A stretch of 64,000 nucleotides of DNA, taken from Anaerolineales bacterium (GTDB taxonomy: Bacteria > Chloroflexota > Anaerolineae > Anaerolineales > UBA11858). Under the pieces are notes generated by a model. That model saw only the letters and a program-made list of their open reading frames with translations, was not told where the DNA came from and searched no databases. Below, one piece after another: positions 10,333 through 19,025 of this stretch (within the stretch, counting starts at the first letter, position 1; each line of letters begins with the position of its first letter). The translations under genes and the position numbers were made by a program. The stretch is from NCBI GenBank assembly GCA_024763275.1, contig JANTFT010000004.1:25774-89773 (forward strand), read 5' to 3'.

Positions 10333-10536
10333 TTAAAATCCAAAATGCAGCCAGTTAGTATTCAGGAGCACCTGGCAGGAAAGGGCGATGAAGACGATCA
10401 GCAGGATAAAACCGCACCCGCAGCCGGTGCAGGAGACCCCTCTTCCAAAACCAAAGGTTCTTTGAAGCCAATCAAAGAGCACGTCCAGCATCAATAGTTT
10501 GAATAAGCCTGCCAAACAGCCCTGACGATTATTCAC
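10333..10536 (-). CDS. hypothetical small Cys-rich membrane protein
   Basis: 67-aa reading frame from a GTG at 10536, preceded by AAGGAG (10549-10544) with a 7-nt spacer. C-terminal TM follows CTGCGCG. No recognised family. Confidence 0.3.
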   Translation of the reverse strand: MNNRQGCLAGLFKLLMLDVLFDWLQRTFGFGRGVSCTGCGCGFILLIVFIALSCQVLLNTNWLHFGF

Positions 10537-10706
10537 GAATAAACTCCTTTGTTCATTCAATGTTCATATACGTTTACGTCGGAGTATTCTAAAAGTTGCA
10601 GTTCAGGATTGGTGACAGCGGGAACTTGATTGCCCTGCTTATACCCAAACACCTAATAATTTGAGGTAAAAAGATACTGGAGATTTACCAGCCAGGAGGT
10701 AGATCC

Positions 10707-11114
10707 ATGAAAGAAATATCGCGAGAAAGCCGCGCAACGGTGATCCTGTATCTGATCCTGGCTTTTTTCGCCATCCCGCACCTGATCGACGATTTCCTTT
10801 ATGACATCCCGGCGGAATTCGGGATCTCTGTCCATTTGAGCCAGTTCCTGGCAGGGGTGTTCATCCTCATCTACCAGGGGATTATGATTCCCCTGGTCAG
10901 GGGGGCAAAGGCGGGTGTTTCTTCTGCAATAGGTATGGGGATCTTCCTGTCTCTGGCAGGAATCCTAAAACATATCCCTTTGATCATTCAGCCGGGCCCC
11001 TACTGGAGCGGCTGGTTCTCGGAAGGATTGATCTACGGTTTGATCCTCTCCGGGATCGGACTGGCCATTGCCGGGGTTCTGGCCTTGCGGGGTGGGGGAG
11101 GCCAGAACCAATAA
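10707..11114 (+). CDS. hypothetical integral membrane protein
   Basis: 135 aa with about four hydrophobic helices. SD GGAGG lies upstream of the ATG. Confidence 0.55.
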   Translation: MKEISRESRATVILYLILAFFAIPHLIDDFLYDIPAEFGISVHLSQFLAGVFILIYQGIMIPLVRGAKAGVSSAIGMGIFLSLAGILKHIPLIIQPGPYWSGWFSEGLIYGLILSGIGLAIAGVLALRGGGGQNQ

Positions 11115-11141
11115 TACAGCACTTCTGACACAGGAGAGATC

Positions 11142-12815
11142 ATGAAGCTAAAGAAATCAAGAAGCCTGGCTTTGATAGCAATTTGCGCTGCTGTCCTTTC
11201 CGGAACAGCATTCTTGCCATTCCGTGGTCAGGGAACCCCTCGCCAGCAGGGGGGTGATCCCCATCCACCTGACAGAGTGGTCAAGTTGATTTTCATCCAC
11301 CACTCTACTGGTGAGAACTGGCTGAACGATGGATACGGGATCCTCGGCAGGACCCTGAGAGAGAATAATTATTTCGTCAGCGACACCAATTATGGCTGGG
11401 GGCCGGACGGGATAGGCGATCGAACCGATCTCCCGGATTGGGAGGAATGGTTCAGGAGCGAGGGCACCGAAACGTATATGGAAGCGCTGTTCAATGAGAC
11501 GGAACAGCACGCCAGCTACACCAGGGATCTGCCTGATCCAGGGGGAGAGAATCAGATCATCATGTTCAAGTCCTGCTTCCCCAACTCTGACCTGGAAGGC
11601 AGCCCAGATGATCCGCCTACTGCGGACGGCTGGCTTTCAGTGGGCCATGCCAAGTATGTCTATAACGAGATCTTGAAATATTTCAAACAGCACCCCGAGA
11701 AGCTGTTCGTCGTGATCACAGCCCCGCCCCTGAGCGACAGGACCAACGCGGCCAATGCCCGGGCCTTTAACCTCTGGCTGATGAATGATTGGCTGGAAGA
11801 GAACGACTATCCCTATCAAAATGTGGCGGTGTTCGATTTCTACAATGTCCTGACCGGCAGGGACGGCCATCATACCTTTGAAAACGGCCGGGTGATCTAC
11901 CAGGTTGCCAGCAAAGATACCCTGTACTATCCCTCCGGGGATGACCATCCCTCCAAAAAGGGCAGTCAAAAAGCGACAGATGAGTTTGTCCCTCTCCTGA
12001 ACTATTTCTACAACCGCTGGCAGGCGGACAACCCTGCCCCGCTGGCGCCTTCCGGGGATGAATCCGGATCGGCTCCTGGCACTGAGGGGGAGGGCGTTTC
12101 CAACCGAACCTCCCCTGGGGAGCTTTTCGGCCTGCTGGATGATTTTGAAGGTGAGCCACCTGCAGGAAGCAGCGGCTGGGAAGCGTACTGGGATGAGGGC
12201 ACACCCACGGAGATGAGCTGCGCTGTGGAACCAGGCGCTGGCGAAAGCGGGGGTGGACTGCGGCTGGATTATCAGATCACCCCCTACAGCTGGGGCGCCT
12301 GTGATCTGTCCTTTGACTCACCCCAGGACTGGAGCGCGGCCAGTGGACTGGCATTTAATATTCACACCGCTCAATCCGGAGATGTGCTGCACGTGGACCT
12401 TTACAGTGAAGGCCCGGAAGGACGGGAATCCTATCTCTACAAGCTGGCACTTGAAGGGGAGGTGAACGGGGATTGGGCCGCGGTTGCTGTCCCCTGGAAT
12501 AGCTTCCAGAGAGTGGAATGGGAGGAGGACGCCGGGGCCGCTTTTAATAGCCCGGATCGGATCTCCGGTCTGTCATTCGGATTTGGCACAGAGGAAGATG
12601 AGATTCAGGGGACCCTGTGGATCGATGACCTGGGCTGGACCGGAGTGGGGGAATCCCCTGGACAGACTGGTGGGGAGAGTGAAGAGATCGTTGACGACAC
12701 CCCGGGAGCGGAATCGAGCGGCTGGGATCTGCCCTGCACCGGAGCGCTGGCCCTGCCGATTGGCCTGGTAGGTTTTGCTGTTTTCCAGAAAAGACGCTCA
12801 GGGGCGGCCGGATAA
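11142..12815 (+). CDS. secreted SGNH-like esterase / CBM-like domain protein with C-terminal LPXTG-type sorting signal
   Basis: 557 aa. Signal peptide, FIHHSTGENW and GDDHPS (DxxH-like) motifs, a Gly/Glu-rich linker, a CBM11/CIA30-like beta-sandwich region, and a C-terminal LPCTG + hydrophobic stretch + KRRSG. Confidence 0.7.
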   Translation: MKLKKSRSLALIAICAAVLSGTAFLPFRGQGTPRQQGGDPHPPDRVVKLIFIHHSTGENWLNDGYGILGRTLRENNYFVSDTNYGWGPDGIGDRTDLPDWEEWFRSEGTETYMEALFNETEQHASYTRDLPDPGGENQIIMFKSCFPNSDLEGSPDDPPTADGWLSVGHAKYVYNEILKYFKQHPEKLFVVITAPPLSDRTNAANARAFNLWLMNDWLEENDYPYQNVAVFDFYNVLTGRDGHHTFENGRVIYQVASKDTLYYPSGDDHPSKKGSQKATDEFVPLLNYFYNRWQADNPAPLAPSGDESGSAPGTEGEGVSNRTSPGELFGLLDDFEGEPPAGSSGWEAYWDEGTPTEMSCAVEPGAGESGGGLRLDYQITPYSWGACDLSFDSPQDWSAASGLAFNIHTAQSGDVLHVDLYSEGPEGRESYLYKLALEGEVNGDWAAVAVPWNSFQRVEWEEDAGAAFNSPDRISGLSFGFGTEEDEIQGTLWIDDLGWTGVGESPGQTGGESEEIVDDTPGAESSGWDLPCTGALALPIGLVGFAVFQKRRSGAAG

Positions 12816-13014
12816 ACACCCCCCGGAAATTATCCAGGAAATCTTGGTATATGCCCTGCAGCTTCGCGAACACGGGGCCTCCGGAATCCAGGCCAGGAGG
12901 GCGATTTTAACATGGAACAGGAACTGGAGAACCACCCGAAAGAATGGTTCGCTGCCCTCTAGATTTTTCATTAAAAGGAAATTCCCCCGCCCTGTTACGG
13001 TTCCATAATCCCAA

Positions 13015-14841
13015 TCAAGGGAGATCCACCGAGGTGAATTCCAGTCCGTATTCCTGGAGAGCTGCTGGAGTTGGCAGGCCGCTGTCAGGGTCCCAGCCGT
13101 GTTCCAGGTAGGCGCCTCTCAGGAGAGTTTTAAGGTCGGGCACAAACCCGCTGGACCCTCCGCCCTGGAATGATTTCAGCATGAAGGCGGGCAGGCGATC
13201 GTCAGCAGCCGTTGAACCCAGCTTGAGGTTGAGCATTCTCTTCAAGGTAAAGATCCGTTTCCCTATCAGGAGCAAGTCTTCCAGGCTGTATTCCTGACCG
13301 GAGGCGGCATTCAGGGCGCGCAGGATCTGGCTTGCGCCGGGGTTCATGAAATGGCACACGATCAAGGCATTATAGACATTACGCCAGGCCTGGGAGCGGG
13401 CGGTGATTTGCCCCTTGTTCTGGGAGTTATCAAAGCGATCGCCGGGCAGGATACCAAGTTCCTCTTCTGGACCCTGGCCGGTATCCACAGCGTACATATC
13501 CCCCTGCAGATGACAGGCTCCCCGGGGTGAGAGGGCATATACTGGCGCTATGCCGCTGAAGGAGCGGGCATCGTGCATGGGGATCTCGAGCTTGCGGACA
13601 GTGGCGGCCATTTCCGGCACACCAAAATGGGCAGCCAGAGCCGCGCTGCCTTCCGCGAGCAGGGCGCCGAAACCCTCCCGTTTTGCGGTCAGCTCGATCA
13701 AATGGTGGGACATCTCTATATCGCCAAAGTGGATCTTAAGGCCCCCGGTATCATCCGCGGTCAGGATGCCCTTCTCAAAAAGGTCGCAAGCCAGGGCGAT
13801 TGTTGAACCAGTGCTGATGGTGTCCATCCCGTACAGATTACAGAGGTGCCCGGCGTAGATCACCCCCTCCAGGTCATCCACCAGGGCCAGCGATCCAAAT
13901 GAGGTGATGGTCTCGTATTCTGGGCCATCTACGGCAGCGACCTTATATTTTACGGTGTGGGTTTCCCTGCCGCAGACGATCGGGCAGCGGTAGCAGGCGG
14001 TTCCGCGATTGAGGAATTCCTCTGCCATCCGCACCCCCGATAGGTGGCTGGCAGGCTCCCATTCGCCCAGCTGGTAGTAGCCGGCCGGCATGTCGCCGAA
14101 CATAGCGCCCATATCGACATAGCTCGCTGTTCCCGCTAATTTGAGCGCTTCGACGGCTATATCCTCAGAGACTTTGCTGAGGATCTCGGAGACAGCCTCC
14201 TTGAAGCCCTGAGGATCATCCAGGGGGGCTTTGCCGGTGCCCCGGAAAGCCAGGGCTTTGAGGTTCTTGGAACCCATCACTGCCCCCATCCCGGTTCTCC
14301 CTGCGGCCCGACCGTGGTCGTTCATGATCGCGGCCATCTTGACCAGGTTCTCGCCAGCGGGACCGATGCAGGAAATCCTCGCTTTGGGATCCTTTAGGAT
14401 CTCCCGGATGGATTCCTGGGTCTGATAGCTGTCCTGCCCCCACAGTGGGGAGGCATCATGGAACTGGACATCGCCGTCGATGATTGAGATCCAGCAGGGT
14501 CGGGTGGATCTTCCGGTGATCAGGACCCCATCAAAACCTGCGAACCGCATCTCTGGTCCAATAAAACCACCAGTATTGGATTCTCCCCACAGTCCGGTCA
14601 GCGGGGAGCGGGCGCAGATCGCACAGCGGCCAGCCGAGGGCATGCTGGTGCCTACCAAAGGGCCGGCCAGATACAATAAGGGGTTGTCCGGGCCGAGAGG
14701 GTCCGTATCCGGGCTGATCCGCTCGTAGAGCAGGCGGGCTGCCAGCCCGCTGCCACCGAGGTAATCTCTGGCCAGCTCGGGGCTGATGCTCTCTTTCCGG
14801 TATGATTTGGAGGTCAGGTCTATCACCAATAGATTTTTCAT
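13015..14841 (-). CDS. aor: aldehyde:ferredoxin oxidoreductase (tungstopterin AOR family)
   Basis: 608 aa. AOR N-terminal signature LARDYLGGSGLAARLLYE. Cluster-binding CYRCPIVCG. GAC near the C-terminal domain. Confidence 0.9.
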   Translation of the reverse strand: MKNLLVIDLTSKSYRKESISPELARDYLGGSGLAARLLYERISPDTDPLGPDNPLLYLAGPLVGTSMPSAGRCAICARSPLTGLWGESNTGGFIGPEMRFAGFDGVLITGRSTRPCWISIIDGDVQFHDASPLWGQDSYQTQESIREILKDPKARISCIGPAGENLVKMAAIMNDHGRAAGRTGMGAVMGSKNLKALAFRGTGKAPLDDPQGFKEAVSEILSKVSEDIAVEALKLAGTASYVDMGAMFGDMPAGYYQLGEWEPASHLSGVRMAEEFLNRGTACYRCPIVCGRETHTVKYKVAAVDGPEYETITSFGSLALVDDLEGVIYAGHLCNLYGMDTISTGSTIALACDLFEKGILTADDTGGLKIHFGDIEMSHHLIELTAKREGFGALLAEGSAALAAHFGVPEMAATVRKLEIPMHDARSFSGIAPVYALSPRGACHLQGDMYAVDTGQGPEEELGILPGDRFDNSQNKGQITARSQAWRNVYNALIVCHFMNPGASQILRALNAASGQEYSLEDLLLIGKRIFTLKRMLNLKLGSTAADDRLPAFMLKSFQGGGSSGFVPDLKTLLRGAYLEHGWDPDSGLPTPAALQEYGLEFTSVDLP

Positions 14842-14894
14842 GAAACCGCTCCGAATAGGTTATCTGATTGGTCTTCTGGCATGCTTACAGGCTG

Positions 14895-16082
14895 TTAGAA
14901 ATCCACCTGCTCCCCGTTGTAAACACACCGGAACAGCCTTTCAAGTTCCTGATAGGAAGGCGCCCGGGGTGAGGTGATGATCTGGGTATCATTGAAAGTA
15001 TCATCTACCAGCTTCTCCAGCTGCTCCTGGAAGGAGACCTCATCCAGCCCCAATTCTGACAGACTGAGAGGGTTTTCGATTTCCCTGGCCAGATTCCTCA
15101 GAGCACCAGCCAGATTCTCTCCTGGAATGGAAGATTCCCCTGTGACGCCCAGCAGCTCTGTCAGGGAAGCGATCCGGGAGCTGTCCTCTCCCAGCCCGGC
15201 GAATTCGATGGTGTAGGGCAAACACAGCCCCACCGCCCGCCCGTGAGGGATGTGGAAAACGGAGCCGAGCACATGGCCCATAGCATGAGCCAGGGATGCC
15301 ATCGAGTTTCCAAACCCCAATCCCGCGCAGGTGGCAGCGTTGTGCATCTTTTCCCGGGCCAGCAGGTACTTTTCCTGTTGGGGATCATCCGCCCGGGAAG
15401 CTTCGTAGGCCTCCGGCAGGAAGCGCAGGACCTGCTGGGCGGCGCCCAGACACAATCCGTCCGTTAGGTCTGTATGCCAGGTGCCGATATAACCCTCTAC
15501 GGCATGGGTCAGTGCGTCCAGACCGGTGTCCGCGGTCAGCCGAGGCGGCATACCGGCAGGCAGGGCTGGATCGACTATCGCCAGGTCAGCAGCGTTTTCA
15601 CGGTTGCCCAGCCCCATTTTGCGTTTGGATTCAGGATCAGTGAGCACGATGGCCCAGGTCGCCTCAGCCCCGGTTCCACTGGTGGTGGGGATGGTGATCA
15701 GGCGGGATTTTTTCCTCAGGCCCAGTTTGATAAAGGGATTGATCCCGGCCGGGATCAGGTCAGGCCGTTCGTACAGCACCCAGATAGCCTTGGCCGCGTC
15801 CAGGGATGAGCCGCCGCCGAGGCCGATGATCCAGTCGGGCTGAAAATCCAACGCCACTCGCTTGCCTTTTTCGACCGCCTCCAGGGTGGGATCCGGCTCT
15901 ACTTCATCGTAGATCAGGATCTCGGCGCCGGAGTTAGCCAGCTGCCCGGATATGCTTTCAACCAGGCCGAGTTCAACCAGGTTGTGATCTGTGACCAGCA
16001 GAGCCCGCGAGATGGGGATCTCATCCAGGTAGGATAAGGAATTTTCACCAAAGACGATCTGGGGAGAAACAAAATACCACAT
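14895..16082 (-). CDS. iron-containing alcohol dehydrogenase
   Basis: 395 aa. Fe-ADH motifs GLGGGSSLDAAKA and HAMGHVLG...HG. Confidence 0.9.
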   Translation of the reverse strand: MWYFVSPQIVFGENSLSYLDEIPISRALLVTDHNLVELGLVESISGQLANSGAEILIYDEVEPDPTLEAVEKGKRVALDFQPDWIIGLGGGSSLDAAKAIWVLYERPDLIPAGINPFIKLGLRKKSRLITIPTTSGTGAEATWAIVLTDPESKRKMGLGNRENAADLAIVDPALPAGMPPRLTADTGLDALTHAVEGYIGTWHTDLTDGLCLGAAQQVLRFLPEAYEASRADDPQQEKYLLAREKMHNAATCAGLGFGNSMASLAHAMGHVLGSVFHIPHGRAVGLCLPYTIEFAGLGEDSSRIASLTELLGVTGESSIPGENLAGALRNLAREIENPLSLSELGLDEVSFQEQLEKLVDDTFNDTQIITSPRAPSYQELERLFRCVYNGEQVDF

Positions 16083-16126
16083 GCTGCACCCCTCCTATAA
16101 AATTACCTCAAGATGACGATTGCGAA

Positions 16127-16531
16127 TTACCAATCAGTGGGGACTTCCGCACAGCAGGAGACTATTTCCTGAGCCGCTTTGGGGTAGCGCATGATTTTCA
16201 TCAGATTACCCTTGAGCTTGAGCTGGCCGGTCATCATCCCCTGGATGGGATCCAGCTTGCCCTCAATCACTTTGCGCCAGGTGCTGAAAGGCGCCTTGAG
16301 AGTGAATTCGGTTTCGGGGAGATTGTCAGGGTCCAGAAGAGAAGCCCCCGGGCTGGAACCGTGATACAGTTCCAGCAGCAGATAAGACCTGTCGGGATAG
16401 GCGTCGTCCGGTTCGATCACGAAGACGAAATCACCTTCCCAGTCCTTAGCTGAGCGCTGGTAGGATTCGCTGGCGTTCAGCCGGTCGCGCAGGGTTTTGA
16501 TCCATTCATCTGAGGGAAATTTAGCAGCCAT
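16127..16531 (-). CDS. SCP2 sterol-carrier-like domain protein
   Basis: 134 aa. C-terminal GKLDPIQGMMTGQLKLKGNLMKIM is typical of SCP2 domains. Confidence 0.75.
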   Translation of the reverse strand: MAAKFPSDEWIKTLRDRLNASESYQRSAKDWEGDFVFVIEPDDAYPDRSYLLLELYHGSSPGASLLDPDNLPETEFTLKAPFSTWRKVIEGKLDPIQGMMTGQLKLKGNLMKIMRYPKAAQEIVSCCAEVPTDW

Positions 16532-16693
16532 CGGGCCTCCTTACTAGGGCATCCTCAATATTATACATCCATCTGACTGGACGATCCTGAGTGAGAGAGC
16601 TGAATGACTCCGGCAGAAGCACTTGGATAGGAACCCTCCAGGATGTTATCATTAGATCAGGTGAAGCGCTAATTAATTTGCAGGGGGCTCGTC

Positions 16694-17557
16694 ATGGAAA
16701 TCATCCACTTTGAGGAGCCGGTCCGCTTTCAGGAGCGGGTCCAATCCAGACTGGGGCGTTACGAAGCTGAGAATAATCTGGTGCTGGGGATACTCGCCAA
16801 TGTGATCGCTGGCGAGTACCAGGATACCAATCTATATCTGGCCCTGGTTCAGGAGGAAGGGGAAATGGTCCTGGCCGCTCTCTGTACGCCGCCTTATCCT
16901 GTCCTGATTTCCTATCAGAATCCCGCCCCTCACCAGGCCCTGCTCCAGGCTTTACTGGATGATCTGGAGAGCCAGCTGGGGGATGATTTCAATGGACTCT
17001 CCGGCAACAAAGAACTCATCACTCCCCTGATAGAACTCTGGCAGCGCAACTCCGGGAAGGAGGCCTGCCTGGAAATGGCCCAGCGGATTTACAAACTGGA
17101 GCGGGTCCTGCCTGTCAGCGGCGTCCCGGGAAGCATCAGACCGGCGGACGAGGATGACCGCCCTCTGCTGCTGGATTGGTTTACCGGCTTCTATAGAGAT
17201 GCCTTGGCAGAAGAAGCAAATCCCAAACGGATCCGCAAACAGGTGAATATCTACCTGGGGGCAGATCCCGGACAGCGGGGGCTGATGATCTGGGAAGTTG
17301 GCGGATCTCCGGTATCGATGGCTGGTTATTCCGGCCCGACGCCCAGCGGTATCCGGGTAGGCGCAGTCTATTCTCCTCCCGGTCAGCGCAGAAAGGGCTA
17401 TGCCAGCGCCTGTACCGGGGAACTGAGCCAGCGTTTGCTGGACAGGGGTTATAAATTCTGTTTCCTGTTCACGGATCTGTTGAACCCGACCTCAAACCAT
17501 ATCTACCAGCAGATCGGATATGAACCGGTCTGCGATGTGGACAGATATCTGTTTTGA
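16694..17557 (+). CDS. GNAT-family acetyltransferase-like protein
   Basis: 287 aa. C-terminal acetyl-CoA motif QRRKGYASA within a GNAT-like fold pattern. Confidence 0.7.
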   Translation: MEIIHFEEPVRFQERVQSRLGRYEAENNLVLGILANVIAGEYQDTNLYLALVQEEGEMVLAALCTPPYPVLISYQNPAPHQALLQALLDDLESQLGDDFNGLSGNKELITPLIELWQRNSGKEACLEMAQRIYKLERVLPVSGVPGSIRPADEDDRPLLLDWFTGFYRDALAEEANPKRIRKQVNIYLGADPGQRGLMIWEVGGSPVSMAGYSGPTPSGIRVGAVYSPPGQRRKGYASACTGELSQRLLDRGYKFCFLFTDLLNPTSNHIYQQIGYEPVCDVDRYLF

Positions 17558-17599
17558 ATCCAGGAAGCTGGACGGAGCAATAAGCTAAGGGAGTGGGAC

Positions 17600-18307
17600 A
17601 TGAAGACAATCGGACTGCTGGGAGGAATGAGCTGGGAGTCCTCCATTGAATATTACCGGATCATCAATCAGGAGGTCCGTTCTGCGCTGGGGGGAGTGCA
17701 TTCCGCCAAAATCGTGCTGGTTTCCCTGGATTTTACAGAAATAGAGGAGCTGCAGATGAAGGGGGATTGGGAAGGGGCCGCCCGGATCTTGATCCAGAGC
17801 GCCAGGGAAATCGAAAACGCCGGAGCTGATTTCCTGCTGATCTGCACCAATACCATGCATTTGCTGGCGGAGGAAGTGCAGGAAGCGGTCGATATTCCCC
17901 TGCTGCACATCGCAGATGCCACAGCCCGGGCGGTCAAGGGAGCCGGCCTGACCCGCGTGGGGCTGCTGGGGACCCGCTTCACCATGGAAAAGGACTTTTA
18001 CCGCGGCAGGCTGGAAAGGGAGCACCAGCTGGAGGTGATCGTACCGGAGAGGGCCGGGCGCGATCTGGTGCATAATGTGATCTATGATGAATTGGTCCAG
18101 GGGCTGATCAAGGACCGTTCCCGGCAGGGCTACCTGGAGGTAATCGGGAAATTGGTGAAAGAGGGCGCCGAGGGGATCGTGCTGGGCTGCACGGAGATCG
18201 GTTTGCTGATCAAGGAGGAAGACGTGGAGGTCCCTGTTTTCGATACCATGGAAATCCATGCCCGGGCGGCGGTTGATGCGGCTTTGGGGAGCTACAAGCT
18301 CGACTGA
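17600..18307 (+). CDS. aspartate/glutamate racemase family protein
   Basis: 235 aa. N-terminal IGLLGGMSWESSIEYY and a second catalytic region, GIVLGCTEIGLL. Confidence 0.85.
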   Translation: MKTIGLLGGMSWESSIEYYRIINQEVRSALGGVHSAKIVLVSLDFTEIEELQMKGDWEGAARILIQSAREIENAGADFLLICTNTMHLLAEEVQEAVDIPLLHIADATARAVKGAGLTRVGLLGTRFTMEKDFYRGRLEREHQLEVIVPERAGRDLVHNVIYDELVQGLIKDRSRQGYLEVIGKLVKEGAEGIVLGCTEIGLLIKEEDVEVPVFDTMEIHARAAVDAALGSYKLD

Positions 18308-18367
18308 GCGGGGCATCCTGTATAATGCTAACAACTGGCAGGAAATGGGAAGAGCCCGGGAGGAAGC

Positions 18368-18877
18368 ATGGATGAGGCTTACTTGAAACGACAGCTGGCG
18401 CTCAACCGCGACCGGGTCGCGGCGCTGGCTCGCGGTGTCCCTGAAGAACAGCAGCGCTGGAAGCCGGATCCAGACTCCTGGTCTATCCTGGAAGTCGTCT
18501 GCCACCTGGCGGACGAGGAAGAGTTCGATTTCCCTGTCCGGCTGAGGATAATCCTGGAAGAATCTGAAAAACCCTGGCCAACCATCGACCCTGACAGCTG
18601 GTTTGAGGAGCATGAGTACCACAAGGCAGAGCTCTACGAAACCTTAAGCCGGTATATGAACCTCCGCAATGCAGCCCTGGCCTGGCTCAACGCTCTGGAA
18701 CCCCCGGACTGGAGCGGGGTGTATCAGACGCCCTTTGGGGAAATGACTGCAGGGGATGTGTTTGCTTCCTGGGCGGCGCATGATTTGCTGCACCTGTGTC
18801 AGCTGGTTGAGCTGCAGCGCCAGTACCTGGTCGAGCAGGCCAAACCCTACCGGCTTGATTACGCCGGGGAGTGGTGA
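18368..18877 (+). CDS. DinB-family protein
   Basis: 169 aa. Four-helix DinB pattern with His triad candidates (VCHLADEE ... HDLLHL). Confidence 0.8.
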   Translation: MDEAYLKRQLALNRDRVAALARGVPEEQQRWKPDPDSWSILEVVCHLADEEEFDFPVRLRIILEESEKPWPTIDPDSWFEEHEYHKAELYETLSRYMNLRNAALAWLNALEPPDWSGVYQTPFGEMTAGDVFASWAAHDLLHLCQLVELQRQYLVEQAKPYRLDYAGEW

Positions 18878-19025
18878 CCCGTCCTCGGTGCGACCGAGGA
18901 CCGGAGACTGAAGATCAAAGGTTTCTAAGGCAATGGCTGAAAAATTACCAGAGATCAACCCCGTCCTCTTTCCTCAATCTTCGGTCCTTCGCGAAGCGAA
19001 GAAGCAGTTTTCAATCCTCAAGTGC

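Noticed and set aside
17585-18622. 345-aa minus-strand ORF spanning the racemase and DinB genes
   Set aside because: It is antisense to two well-supported genes with clear family motifs. Its translation is Pro/Arg/Gln/His-rich and low in complexity, with no recognisable domain, which is typical of a shadow ORF in GC-rich DNA.
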